Assembly (NCBI GenBank): GCA_009924095.1
Contig: RFSG01000001.1
Coordinates: 14,823 to 78,822, forward strand
DNA length: 64,000 nt
Reading direction: 5' to 3'
Source: Sphingobacteriia bacterium
GTDB taxonomy: Bacteria; Bacteroidota; Bacteroidia; J057; RFSG01
Positions 19,626-29,989 of this stretch are shown piece after piece (within the stretch, counting starts at the first letter, position 1; the number at the start of each line of letters is the position of its first letter). Below the pieces are notes generated by a model. The model did no database searches. It was given only the letters and a program-made list of their open reading frames with translations, and had not been told where the DNA came from. Both the position numbers and the translations under genes were made by a program.

Positions 19626-20327
19626 ATGCAAAATACACATTTACATGATTTATCCGTCCAAGTGATTATTCCAGCAAGAGGAGGATCGAAAAGGTTACCA
19701 GGAAAGCACCAATTGTTGTTGGGAGAAATTCCTCTGCTTTCCTATACCCTCCGAACAGCCTTGTCGGTTTTTACTCCAGAACAAATTATTTTTAGTTCGG
19801 ATGATTCCACCCTTTTAGAATTAGCCGCAAAAGAAGGTATTGTTTATCGGGACAAAAGACCTGAACAATGGGCTCAAGATACCACCTCTACCCAAGAAGT
19901 TTTAATTTATCTATATGAGAAATATAAATGGTCAGCCGAATGGATTTTATTATTACAACCCACATCTCCGTTTCGCACAGCTCAACATATACTGGATAGT
20001 TCTTTAGAATTATCCGAAGAAACAGAAGGACTGTTTTCTGTAACAGAGGCAAAATATATTCTTGAACACTCCCTTAGAGAAATAACAGAAACTGGACTTT
20101 TAGTGCCAACACTTCCAGTATCTTTGTCGCGGCAATCTGGAAAAAGGGTTAGACTCAACGGTGCTTTGTATTGGTTTAGAAAGAAAGCCTGGCTTGAAGC
20201 TGGCGATTTACACAGCTTAGGTCGGGTAAAACCTTATTTGATGTCGTTGAACTCTTCTGTAGATATTGACACCCCTGAAGATTTTCTTTGGGCCCAATTC
20301 CTGCTTCAACATCAACTCCATGTATAA
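19626..20327 (+). CDS. Acylneuraminate (CMP-nonulosonate) cytidylyltransferase-family protein
   Basis: VIIPARGGSKRLPGKH N-terminal signature, 233 aa. Confidence 0.8.
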   Translation: MQNTHLHDLSVQVIIPARGGSKRLPGKHQLLLGEIPLLSYTLRTALSVFTPEQIIFSSDDSTLLELAAKEGIVYRDKRPEQWAQDTTSTQEVLIYLYEKYKWSAEWILLLQPTSPFRTAQHILDSSLELSEETEGLFSVTEAKYILEHSLREITETGLLVPTLPVSLSRQSGKRVRLNGALYWFRKKAWLEAGDLHSLGRVKPYLMSLNSSVDIDTPEDFLWAQFLLQHQLHV

Positions 20328-21207
20328 ATTCACGCTGTTTACTTTAACCTTTGTGATTGCCCAGATTTGGGCGCAAATTCCCGACTTAAAACCTGTGCAT
20401 TTGGATGACACTATCCGAGGGTGGAATCATAGTCTTCAAGCAGGCTTTAACATCAACCAATCCACTTTTAGTGATAATTGGAAAGGTGGGGGAACAAATT
20501 CAGTCGCTTTGGGTGCTGTGTTTACAGATAAAATCAATTATGCGAGTGATAAGTCAGAATATGTTAGTGATATTCAATTAGGCTATGGTTCTGTTCAGAA
20601 CAAAGGGCAATCTATTCGAAAAACAACAGACCGAATATTTATAGATCAAAAATATGGCTATAAGGTACATCATGATTTTTATGTTTTTGGGTCTTTAAAT
20701 TTTCAAAGTCAGTTTGATGCGGGATTTAAATATGAACTCAGCAAAGATGGAATCGAAAGTAGTGCGCTGATTTCTAAGTTTTTTGCTCCGGCTTATTTTA
20801 CCCAATCTATTGGGTTGGAATATAAACGTGGCCAATGGCTCTCCACGCGTGCGGGGTTTGGTACGCTTCGCCAAACATTTGTATTAGATACTACCTTGTA
20901 TAGAAATGTTCCCAGCAATTATGGGGTAAAAGCCGGTAAAAAAACCCGCTTTGAAATGGCAATGTTGTTAGTGGTTGATGTAGATCGAAATATTATGAAA
21001 AACCTAAATTTAAAATCGAGGTATAGTTTGTTTTACAATTATGAAACACCTAAAACTGCCGATTCTAGATTAGATTTAATTTTAACTGCAAAAGTAAATA
21101 AGTATGTGAATGTAAATCTTTCAGGTACTGTTTTGTATGATAAAGATATGGATACGAGTGTTCAGTATACACAGGCTTTATCTTTAGGCTTTATGTATAC
21201 GAGATAA
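20320..21207 (+). CDS. DUF3078-family outer-membrane beta-barrel protein
   Basis: MYKFTLFTLTFVIAQIWAQ signal peptide, then FSDNWKGGGTNS and alternating beta-strand pattern ending in an aromatic residue. The ATG at 20320 overlaps the upstream stop by 8 nt. Confidence 0.65.
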   Translation: MYKFTLFTLTFVIAQIWAQIPDLKPVHLDDTIRGWNHSLQAGFNINQSTFSDNWKGGGTNSVALGAVFTDKINYASDKSEYVSDIQLGYGSVQNKGQSIRKTTDRIFIDQKYGYKVHHDFYVFGSLNFQSQFDAGFKYELSKDGIESSALISKFFAPAYFTQSIGLEYKRGQWLSTRAGFGTLRQTFVLDTTLYRNVPSNYGVKAGKKTRFEMAMLLVVDVDRNIMKNLNLKSRYSLFYNYETPKTADSRLDLILTAKVNKYVNVNLSGTVLYDKDMDTSVQYTQALSLGFMYTR

Positions 21208-21233
21208 CATATACCCTATATTATCTACTTCGA

Positions 21234-22244
21234 TTATAATCTTAGTTTATTATATACAGTGTTTAGTTTTTCGCACATAATCTCAGCTGATTTTTGGAGT
21301 GTAAAATTATTTCTAATAAACTGAGCAGGATTGTATTTGTTTTGCTGAAATTCTTCCCAAAACAGATCTAAAGTATTCTCGAAAGATTCAATGGTAGTAA
21401 ACGTTCTTCCACAGGTTTCGTCAAAGAATGGAACCGCAGTTACCGGAGGGTTGAGGGTTCCACATTGACCATAATATGGATCTCGAACGATGCCTTCATT
21501 CCATGCCAACACTGGCATTCCTGTGGACATACATTCTTGCAAAGCAAACCCTTGTGTTTCATGCTCCGTAACAAAAATCAAAGCTTTGCAGGTTCTTTGC
21601 AATTCCTTTAATTGTTCTGGTTTATAGGATAGATATAGGATTTCTTTCCAGGTAAATCCCTTTTTCTGCAGTACCTTTCGAATGGGTTCTACAATCCGGT
21701 TAGTTTCAGCTTCCACATTCCACCTAATTTTTCGATAAATCAAAAAGTCTGTGGTCTTGTGTTCAAGAGGCAAAATAGGATAGGCTTCTGTATCAACGCC
21801 AGCCGGCCAAGTCAAGCATCTATCCTTTCCAAAATATCCTGCATAAATATCATTAACCCAGGAACAATGTGAGAAATAAGCAATTAATGGCTGCCCTTCC
21901 ATTATATCTTTAATCTCGATGGGATGAGAAGAAAACCCGATAGCTGCTGCGAATGGATGTTTTTTTTCCGATTTAATATACTTTTCGAGCCAAGTAGGAC
22001 CGCGACCCATAAACAAAATCTGGTCGTTAGGAGTAAGCCTGTGAAAAGGTACGTTTACTACATAAGGAACTTGCAGTAAGTCTAATCCTTTTTTGAGATT
22101 GACAAACACCTTATCAATACCGGAAGTATAGGGTTTCCCTCTAACGATTCTTCGAATGATCATTCGAACATATCTATCATATTTAATCCAGCGATCCTTT
22201 TCCGGGTAGGGATTAAAATAAAAGCAGATACGTTTATTTTCCAT
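21234..22244 (-). CDS. GT-B fold glycosyltransferase (GT1/GT4-like)
   Basis: 336 aa with C-terminal EHETQGFALQECMSTGMPVLAWN (E-x7-E-like donor-binding motif). Confidence 0.55.
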   Translation of the reverse strand: MENKRICFYFNPYPEKDRWIKYDRYVRMIIRRIVRGKPYTSGIDKVFVNLKKGLDLLQVPYVVNVPFHRLTPNDQILFMGRGPTWLEKYIKSEKKHPFAAAIGFSSHPIEIKDIMEGQPLIAYFSHCSWVNDIYAGYFGKDRCLTWPAGVDTEAYPILPLEHKTTDFLIYRKIRWNVEAETNRIVEPIRKVLQKKGFTWKEILYLSYKPEQLKELQRTCKALIFVTEHETQGFALQECMSTGMPVLAWNEGIVRDPYYGQCGTLNPPVTAVPFFDETCGRTFTTIESFENTLDLFWEEFQQNKYNPAQFIRNNFTLQKSAEIMCEKLNTVYNKLRL

Positions 22245-22296
22245 AGGATGATAATTACCTCATCAGGAATTCGTCAAAGGAAAAAACAGATTCAAA

Positions 22297-23853
22297 TTAA
22301 AATTCAAATTTTATCCCTTGCGCTAATGGTAATGCATTAGAATAATTAATGGTATTGGTTTGGCGACGCATGTAAGCTTTCCAGGCATCAGAACCTGATT
22401 CTCTTCCACCCCCAGTTTCTTTTTCTCCTCCAAAGGCTCCACCAATTTCTGCTCCTGAAGTACCGATATTAATATTTGCGATACCACAATCCGACCCGCT
22501 CGCACTTAAGAACTGTTCAGCTTCTTGAAGGTTTCTGGTAAACATCGAAGAGGACAAACCTTGGGGCACCCCATTTTGAATTGCTATTGCTTCTTCTATG
22601 GTTTCATAAGTCAACAAATAAAGAATTGGCGCAAACGTTTCATGTTGAACAGATGGATACTCGTTTTTCGCTTCTACAATGGCTGGCACCACATAGGTTC
22701 CACTTTCATATCCTTCACCTGAAAGCACTTGTCCACCAAACACCACATGGCCACCTTCTGCTTTTACTTTGGCTAAGGTGTCTTGCATATTAGTAACGGC
22801 TAAGGGATCAATTAAGGGCCCAATTAAAACACCATCTTTTCTAGGGTCTCCAATTACTTTTGATAAGCTTTGATAAGCTTCTTTAAGGATGCCTAATACT
22901 TTATCATAAATAGAGGAATGAATAATCAGTCGTCTGGTCGTGGTGCATCTTTGGCCACAAGTACCGACAGCCCCAAAAACAATGGCAGGAATGGCAAGTT
23001 TTAAGTCAGCTTCAGGGGATAAAATAATTGCGTTGTTACCGCCTAATTCCAACAAACTTTTTCCAAGACGCGCTGCTACGGTTTGTCCAACTATTTTTCC
23101 CATACGGGTAGAGCCTGTCGCGCTAATTAAGGGAACGTTTGTGTCTTCAACCAATCGTTTTCCGACATCCATTCCCCCAGAGATTAAGCAAAATATTCCT
23201 TCGGGTAATTGATTTCTCTTCAAAACCGTTGAAATGATATGCATACAAGCGATAGCGGTTAGGGGTGTTTTTTCGCTAGGTTTCCAGATGGTAACATCTC
23301 CACAAACGGCAGCAATCATACTATTCCAAGCCCATACGGCAACTGGAAAATTAAAAGCTGAAATTATCCCAACAATTCCGATGGGGTGCCATTGTTCATA
23401 CATTCTATGACCGGGGCGTTCAGAGTGCATAGTTAAGCCATAGAGCTGACGGGAAAGACCCACTGCAAAATCACAGATATCAATCATCTCTTGAACTTCT
23501 CCTAATCCTTCCTGATAAATTTTACCCATTTCCCAGGATACTAACTTTCCTAGTTCTGCCTTATGAATTCTTAGTTCATCCCCAATTTGGCGGACGATTT
23601 CTCCCCGCTTAGGTGCTGGAGTTTGTTTCCAAATCCTAAAAGCAGCCTGTGCGGTTGTTACAACTTGACGGTAGCTTTCCAGATCCGTAATTTCTACTTC
23701 TGCTATTAAAGCCCCGTCGACTGGAGATGGAACCGAGAGTTTGTTTGTTTCAGTGGTTGATAGCCATTGTGTACCTGTTGAAGTTCCGGAATTAATTGTA
23801 TTCATGGAAATTCCTAATCCTGACAATAGGGTTTCTTTTTCGGTATTCGTCAT
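22297..23853 (-). CDS. Aldehyde dehydrogenase, ALDH7/aminoadipate-semialdehyde (piperideine-6-carboxylate) dehydrogenase-like
   Basis: 518 aa. ELGGNNAIIL, GTCGQRCTTTRRLIIH and EETFAPIL-like motifs. Confidence 0.85.
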   Translation of the reverse strand: MTNTEKETLLSGLGISMNTINSGTSTGTQWLSTTETNKLSVPSPVDGALIAEVEITDLESYRQVVTTAQAAFRIWKQTPAPKRGEIVRQIGDELRIHKAELGKLVSWEMGKIYQEGLGEVQEMIDICDFAVGLSRQLYGLTMHSERPGHRMYEQWHPIGIVGIISAFNFPVAVWAWNSMIAAVCGDVTIWKPSEKTPLTAIACMHIISTVLKRNQLPEGIFCLISGGMDVGKRLVEDTNVPLISATGSTRMGKIVGQTVAARLGKSLLELGGNNAIILSPEADLKLAIPAIVFGAVGTCGQRCTTTRRLIIHSSIYDKVLGILKEAYQSLSKVIGDPRKDGVLIGPLIDPLAVTNMQDTLAKVKAEGGHVVFGGQVLSGEGYESGTYVVPAIVEAKNEYPSVQHETFAPILYLLTYETIEEAIAIQNGVPQGLSSSMFTRNLQEAEQFLSASGSDCGIANINIGTSGAEIGGAFGGEKETGGGRESGSDAWKAYMRRQTNTINYSNALPLAQGIKFEF

Positions 23854-23968
23854 TTGTAGGGTGGATTAATTTTCAGCTATGTAAAACATTTTAAGAAAAT
23901 GAGATCTTAAATTAAAGCAATTATATAAAACTACTTAGACCCAAAATCCAACAATTTGCAGAAAATAA

Positions 23969-25773
23969 TTAATTGTCTTTTCTGCTCATCCGTTTCCGCT
24001 CATTTTCATCTAGATATATTTTGCGGATTCGAATGGATTTAGGGGTAACTTCTACGTACTCATCTTTATCAATGTATTCCATAGATTCCTCAAAGACATT
24101 TTGATCGGAGGAGCCATGCTTACATTTTCATCAGTTCCAGCCGCACGGAAGTTGGTAAGTTGTTTACTCTTTTGAACATTTACGATAAGGTCACCGATTC
24201 TTGCATTTTCTCCGATAACCTGACCTCCATATACATCTGAACCCGGTTCCACGAAAAATATTCCCCTATCCTGTAATTGAAACATGGCATATGGAACGGC
24301 TACCCCGGAGCTCATAGAAATTAACACTCCTCGTTGACGCCCTGTTTGCATAGGACGTATGGGCTGATATTCAATAAAACGATGCGACATATTGGCCTCG
24401 CCCCGGGTTGCAGTAAGCATGGTGGATCTCAAGCCAATTAATCCGCGGGATGGAATAACAAATTCTAAATGTTGCCCATCCGCTTTGGGTTCCATAATGG
24501 TTAGTTCACCTTTACGGGCAGTAACTAATTCGATTACTTTTCCTGAATACTCTTCCAGAACATCCACTACCAAATGTTCAACAGGCTCATGCTTTATTCC
24601 GTCGATTTCCTTAATGATAACTTGAGGTTGACCTACCATAAGTTCATATCCTTCTCTTCGCATGGTTTCAATTAACACCGCTAAGTGAAGAATCCCTCTA
24701 CCAAATACCATATAAGAATCGGGAGAATCCGTTTCCATAACCCGAAGGGCAAGATTCTTTTCAGTCTCTTTAAATAAACGATCTCTTAAATGCCTAGACG
24801 TAACGAACTTTCCTTCCTTACCAAAAAAGGGAGAATTGTTAATGGTAAAGAGCATAGAGAGCGTAGGTTCATCCACTTTAATGGGAGGTAACGCTTCGGG
24901 ATGATCCGCCGCTGCAATTGTATCTCCGATATCGAACCCTTCTATTCCTACCAAAGCACAAATATCCCCAGCCCGGGCTTCTTTAACTTTTATCCTACCT
25001 AATCCTTCAAACAAATGAACTTCTTTTATTCTTTGTTTTTTTTGAGTCCCATCACTTTTCATGAGCACGATATCATTACCTTCAACAGCGAGACCGCGCG
25101 TAATACGCCCTATGGCAATTCTTCCTACATATGAGGAATAATCGAGGGAGGTAACCTGCATTTGAAAAGGTCCTTCAGTAAAGGGGGATTCTTTTATTTC
25201 AGCAAGAATTGTATCTAACAAATAAAAAATATCTCCTGTAGGAGTTTTCCAATCAGGACCCATCCACCCGGATTTACCTGACCCATACACTGTCTTAAAC
25301 TCAAGCTGTTCTTCTGTTGCATCTAAGGCAAACAGCAGATCAACTACTTTATCCAAGGTTTCATCCGGATAACAGTTGGGCTTATCCACCTTATTTACAA
25401 CAATAATAGGTTTTAAATTGAGCTCCAATGCTTTTTTAAGTACAAATCGGGTTTGAGGCATCGGTCCTTCGAATGCATCAACCAGCAGCAAAACACCATC
25501 AGCCATTTTCAACACACGTTCTACTTCTCCCCCAAAATCACTGTGACCAGGAGTATCAAGAATGTTAATTTTAACCCCTTTATAAACCACAGAAACATTC
25601 TTAGCCGTGATGGTTATCCCTCGCTCCCGTTCCAAGTCATTATTGTCAAGAATTAATTCTCCTGTCTGTTGATTTTCTCTAAAGAGTTTACAAGAGTGAA
25701 GAATTTTATCCACCAAGGTGGTCTTACCATGATCTACGTGGGCAATAATGGCGATATTTCGGATAGGTTGCAT
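23969..25773 (-). CDS. typA: Translational GTPase TypA/BipA, with an apparent 1-nt frameshift near 24088-24093 that truncates the C-terminus
   Basis: MQPIRNIAIIAHVDHGKTTLVDK..DTPGH..NKVD. The intact frame stops at 24052 after ...PPIKMSLRNLWNTLIKMST*. The adjacent frame continues (E)ESMEYIDKDEYVEVTPKSIRIRKIYLDENERKRMSRKDN* to 23969, which is the conserved BipA tail. Start moved from 25821 to 25773. Confidence 0.9.
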
Positions 25774-25787
25774 GAGAAAACAAAGTG

Positions 25788-25795
25788 CAAAAGTA
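25788..25795 (-). promoter_or_regulatory. Bacteroidota -7 promoter box (TACTTTTG)
   Basis: Exact TAnnTTTG on the minus strand, 14 nt upstream of the typA ATG at 25773. It lies inside the track's N-terminal extension. Confidence 0.4.
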
Positions 25796-25901
25796 CGACA
25801 TTTGAACTTCGACTTGCACATGGATAGTTTAACTCTTTGTAAACCTAATATTAATAAGCTTCATTATATGAAAATTTTGGCATTTACAATCATCCCTATT
25901 A

Positions 25902-27146
25902 TTGGAAAAAACCATACAGAATAGCGTGAAAACAAGGTTCAAAAAAATTGACTTCCATGTAATAAGCCCGAGTGTAATTATTTTTATTTCGGCTCTGATT
26001 GCTGTAGGCGTTTCCATGCAGCAATATCTTCTTCCTTTAAAATCGTATTCAGGAGATAATTTCTATCCCCAATATAATAACTACTTGATTTTTAAAAGTT
26101 CGTTTTCCCATCTAATATCTCAAACCTCTTTATACATTTCTCATCCACAAGATCATTGGGATCTGTTTAAATACAGTCCCTCTTTTGCCGTATTTATGGG
26201 TGTTTTTTCTGTTTTGCCGGATGTAATTGGACTTTTCTTATGGAATTTTTTGGGGATTGGGTTATTAACTTATTGTTTATCCTACCTTTTTCCTAGTGTA
26301 TTAAGAAAGTCGATCTGGGGATGGCTATTAATCCTAAATGACATGATTGCTTCCACACAAAATGCCCAAAGCAATTGTTTAATCGCGGGCCTATTGTTGT
26401 TATCCTGGCTGGAAGTAAGCAAAAACAGAAATGCCTCGGGAGCGCTATGGTTCTGTTTATGTGGGTTGATTAAAGTTTATTCTTTAGCATTTTTGCCTTT
26501 ATTGTTTTGGAATAGTAAAAAACCTCTTCAATTATTGGGATATGCCATTGGGTGGGGGATATTGCTCATTGCTTTACCCCTTATTTTTACAGACATAGAC
26601 GGGTTAATTTTTCAATACACAGAATGGATTCGGGTAATAAAGATGGATGCTGATCAAAATTTAGGATTGTCTATTTGGAGTATTCTATCGTTATTTGATT
26701 TAGTAGATATTCCAAAACTTCCAGTAGTATTTATCGGATATTTAATTTGTCTATCTCCAATACTATTACAAAAAACATTGAAACGTCCTGAACAAATCAT
26801 AAACAAGATTAGTATTGGAACTCTTTTTATTTGGATGATTATTTTTAATTATCGGGCTGAGTCGGCCACATACATTATTGCCCAGTGCGGAGCGGCTATT
26901 GCAATATGGGCTTTGTTTCCGAATCGCAAAACATTTATTATTACTTGTATTTTCCTTTTTATTTTAGGGTGGAGTAATTCTTTTCTTTTTCCTTTGGATT
27001 GGGCTCATTATTTTACGCACGTAATTTTTCTTAAACCTTGGGGTTTATTTGTTTTTTGGATAACTATAATATTAATTCAATTGTATTCTGTTTTTTATCC
27101 TAATTCTATTCTGAATATTTCTAATGATTATTCAACTCGTTTGTAA
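25902..27146 (+). CDS. Polytopic membrane glycosyltransferase-like protein (GT87/DUF2029-like)
   Basis: 414 aa with about 10 or more TM segments. The N-terminal YNNYLIFKSSFSHL...LFKYSPSFAVFM resembles DUF2029/GT87 proteins. The start is uncertain (TTG 25902 or GTG 25926). Confidence 0.6.
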   Translation: MEKTIQNSVKTRFKKIDFHVISPSVIIFISALIAVGVSMQQYLLPLKSYSGDNFYPQYNNYLIFKSSFSHLISQTSLYISHPQDHWDLFKYSPSFAVFMGVFSVLPDVIGLFLWNFLGIGLLTYCLSYLFPSVLRKSIWGWLLILNDMIASTQNAQSNCLIAGLLLLSWLEVSKNRNASGALWFCLCGLIKVYSLAFLPLLFWNSKKPLQLLGYAIGWGILLIALPLIFTDIDGLIFQYTEWIRVIKMDADQNLGLSIWSILSLFDLVDIPKLPVVFIGYLICLSPILLQKTLKRPEQIINKISIGTLFIWMIIFNYRAESATYIIAQCGAAIAIWALFPNRKTFIITCIFLFILGWSNSFLFPLDWAHYFTHVIFLKPWGLFVFWITIILIQLYSVFYPNSILNISNDYSTRL

Positions 27147-28383
27147 ACAACCATCCCCAAGAATAAAATATGTGGCAGAGGTATTATCTTCTGTTGGTGG
27201 TTTTGAAATTCAGGTAATATCCGTTGAGGAATTAAATCATTCACAAATAGCCATTACCTACGGATTAAAAATCGATTTATTGCCCCAAATTTATTGTTCC
27301 GGAGAAATTGATTTATTTTCTATTAACCCTACTCCTGAAATTTATAACACCCCTGAAATTAAAGGTTGGTATCCTTCTCCACAAAAAACAGAGCAAATTC
27401 CATTTGATTTAATTCTTTCCGCTTTTCGGTTATTAACAGAAAGTTGGGAGATGCCTATAGATCAACATGGAAGAAATAATGATAAATTTCACCCCCTTGT
27501 ATTACAGGGATGGACAAAAATTCCATTAATTCATTTGTATTCAAAATATCTATCTGGTTTTTTTAGTATTAAAACAGATAATATTGTTCTGAATAAAAAC
27601 AAATTAATTTTAACCTTAGATATTGATGAACCCTGGAAATACTTGCATAAAAATATATTAATTCAATTCGGTGGGGTTCTAAAAGATTTGAAAAACAATA
27701 ATCATACTAAATTACAAGAGCGATGGAGTAGTTTTGTAAATAATAAAGATCCTTTTGATATTTTAGATGAAATTATAACTCCTGAAAAAATTAATTTGTT
27801 TTTTTTAATAGAACGAAGATGCCGTCAAGATGGTCGGCATACCTGGAGAAACGCGCATTATCGCAAACTCATTCAAAAATGTCATCTCCGAGGATTTACT
27901 ATTGGAATACATCCTTCCTATTTATCTTCTACTCGTAAAGGTTGGATTACAGAAGAAATTGAAGAATTAACACAAATTATTGGGGCACCCGTTTTGCATT
28001 CCCGTCAACACTTTTTAAAATATAAAGACCCTGATACTTTTCGAGAATTAGAGGCAGCAGGAATTCATTGGGAATATTCAGTTTGCCCCATTCAGTTTGC
28101 AGGATTTAGAAGGGGGATTAGCAAGCCTTTTCCATGGTATGATATGGAGCAGGAGCGGGTTTCAAAACTATTACTAGTTCCTGCAGTCGCTATGGACAGA
28201 GGGCTTCAAAAGTACCAGGGCTTAACGCCTGAAGATTCTAAAATTACAATTAAGAACCTATTGGAATCTATGCAGATATTTGAGGGTGACTGCTTGTTGT
28301 TATGGCACAATACCACACTAAGTGAAAACGATGAGTGGAAAGGATGGAAGTCGTTATGGCATCATTTTATGAATATTGCCTAA
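27124..28383 (+). CDS. Polysaccharide deacetylase-like (CE4-related) protein
   Basis: 419 aa. N-terminal QPSPRIKYVAEVL, then LTLDIDEPW, GIHPSY and SRQHFLKY motifs reminiscent of the divergent deacetylase family. It overlaps the upstream gene by 23 nt. Confidence 0.45.
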   Translation: MIIQLVCKQPSPRIKYVAEVLSSVGGFEIQVISVEELNHSQIAITYGLKIDLLPQIYCSGEIDLFSINPTPEIYNTPEIKGWYPSPQKTEQIPFDLILSAFRLLTESWEMPIDQHGRNNDKFHPLVLQGWTKIPLIHLYSKYLSGFFSIKTDNIVLNKNKLILTLDIDEPWKYLHKNILIQFGGVLKDLKNNNHTKLQERWSSFVNNKDPFDILDEIITPEKINLFFLIERRCRQDGRHTWRNAHYRKLIQKCHLRGFTIGIHPSYLSSTRKGWITEEIEELTQIIGAPVLHSRQHFLKYKDPDTFRELEAAGIHWEYSVCPIQFAGFRRGISKPFPWYDMEQERVSKLLLVPAVAMDRGLQKYQGLTPEDSKITIKNLLESMQIFEGDCLLLWHNTTLSENDEWKGWKSLWHHFMNIA

Positions 28384-28385
28384 CT

Positions 28386-29312
28386 ATGAATATCCAGCTA
28401 ATATCCAGAAAAGAAATAAAAGTTGAACAGTGGGATTCATTTATTCTTAATGCTAATTCTGGTGCTCCTTTTTTATTGTCGGGTTGGTTAGATATTGCTT
28501 GCCCAGGATGGTCTACCTATATTATCTCAAACGCTAATCAAGAATGGATAGCCGTAATGCCAATGCCTATCAAAAAATGGGTGTTTATTTCTGAAATTCG
28601 GCAACCCCTATTCTGTATGTATGGGGGAATAATATTAAAAGAAAATATTGATCAAATAAATATTGAAAAAGAATTATTAAAAAAATTAAAAAAAGATAAC
28701 TATCGAATAGAATTATATTTTCCACCAAAATATTTAGAACACAATTTATCATCGTTAGCTCAAGAATTAAATTATGTAATTAAAAATAGAATAACGTATC
28801 AAATAGATTTAACCCATTCTTGGGAGTTAATTGGTACGGCAAAAAGAAATTTACAAAAATCGATACGTGAGGGTTGGATGGTAAGTGACACTGAATCACC
28901 TGATCACTTTCATCTATTGCTTCAAAATAACCCTCATATTATGCCTAAGAAGTTTCAGAATCGATTTGTTCAATTATTAAATTGGGCTTATACTGCTGGT
29001 TATTTAACTACATGGACAGGTTTTTCAAAAGAAGGGAAACTAGGAGCAATGGTATTAATTCTTCAATGTTCAAAATCTGCTTGGTATTTATCGGGAGCCG
29101 TATTACCTGAGTTCAGGCAAAGTGGAATTATGACACACTTATTTAATTCAGCTATTCATGATTATAAAAAAAGAGGGTTTACCTTATTTGATTTTGAGGG
29201 ATCTCAAATTCCTTCCATAGCGAAATTTTTCAGTGGACTAGGGGGTTCGCCGATTTCGTATCTTTGTTTGAAACGGGAACCTCTTCCCAAATGGCTCTCA
29301 TGGATAAGGTAA
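28386..29312 (+). CDS. FemAB-like/GNAT-fold acyl(aminoacyl)transferase-like protein
   Basis: The ATG lies 2 nt after the upstream stop. N-terminal W-SF....SGAPFLLSGWL and C-terminal GFTLFDFEGSQIPSIAKFFSGLGG resemble the FemAB/Acetyltransf_6-type families. Confidence 0.5.
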   Translation: MNIQLISRKEIKVEQWDSFILNANSGAPFLLSGWLDIACPGWSTYIISNANQEWIAVMPMPIKKWVFISEIRQPLFCMYGGIILKENIDQINIEKELLKKLKKDNYRIELYFPPKYLEHNLSSLAQELNYVIKNRITYQIDLTHSWELIGTAKRNLQKSIREGWMVSDTESPDHFHLLLQNNPHIMPKKFQNRFVQLLNWAYTAGYLTTWTGFSKEGKLGAMVLILQCSKSAWYLSGAVLPEFRQSGIMTHLFNSAIHDYKKRGFTLFDFEGSQIPSIAKFFSGLGGSPISYLCLKREPLPKWLSWIR

Positions 29313-29947
29313 CAATATTAGGTAGAAGTTCATCTTTGTTTTCTTCAATACAGGCTGAATTACGAGATGAAAACATACAGAAAGATCGTTTGCGCTTTCG
29401 ATTTAATTTAGAACGTGCAGGTGAAATTTTAGCCTATGAAATAAGTCGGAGTTTATCTTATTCTTCGAAGGAAGTAATCACCCCTTTAGGCTCTTTAGAA
29501 ATGCAAGTATTATCTGAACAACCTGTGATTACGAGTATCCTGCGTGCTGGTCTGCCCATGCACAATGGTTTCTTAAGGATGTTTGATCATGCTGATAATG
29601 GATTTATTTCTGCCTATCGCCAGCATACGCATGGAAATGAATTTATAGTAAAAGTAGAATATATGGCTTGCCCCGATTTAGAAGATCGGGTATTAATTAT
29701 TACCGATCCGATGATTGCAACCGGTAAAAGCTTGGTATTAAGTTATCAATCCTTGTTGTCGTATGGAAAACCCAAGGAGGTATATATTGCTGCGGTACTT
29801 GCAAGTGAAGCCGGAATAGAACAATTAAAAATACAATTACCCCATGCGAAAATATTTGTCGGGGAGATTGACCGGGAACTTACGGCAAAATCGTATATCG
29901 TGCCAGGCTTAGGTGATGCCGGTGATTTGGCTTTTGGTTTAAAATAA
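29300..29947 (+). CDS. upp: Uracil phosphoribosyltransferase
   Basis: ILRAGLPM, DPMIATGKS and IVPGLGDAGDLAFG motifs. The start at MDKVTIL overlaps the upstream gene by 13 nt. Confidence 0.9.
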   Translation: MDKVTILGRSSSLFSSIQAELRDENIQKDRLRFRFNLERAGEILAYEISRSLSYSSKEVITPLGSLEMQVLSEQPVITSILRAGLPMHNGFLRMFDHADNGFISAYRQHTHGNEFIVKVEYMACPDLEDRVLIITDPMIATGKSLVLSYQSLLSYGKPKEVYIAAVLASEAGIEQLKIQLPHAKIFVGEIDRELTAKSYIVPGLGDAGDLAFGLK

Positions 29948-29989
29948 TTTTTCCTAAAAAATTAATGAATCCACATCGAGAATTGGTAA

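Noticed and set aside
24052-24100. Programmed ribosomal frameshifting in typA.
   Set aside because: There is no slippery heptamer or downstream structure that I can see, and no precedent known to me. A 1-nt deletion or a sequencing error is more parsimonious.
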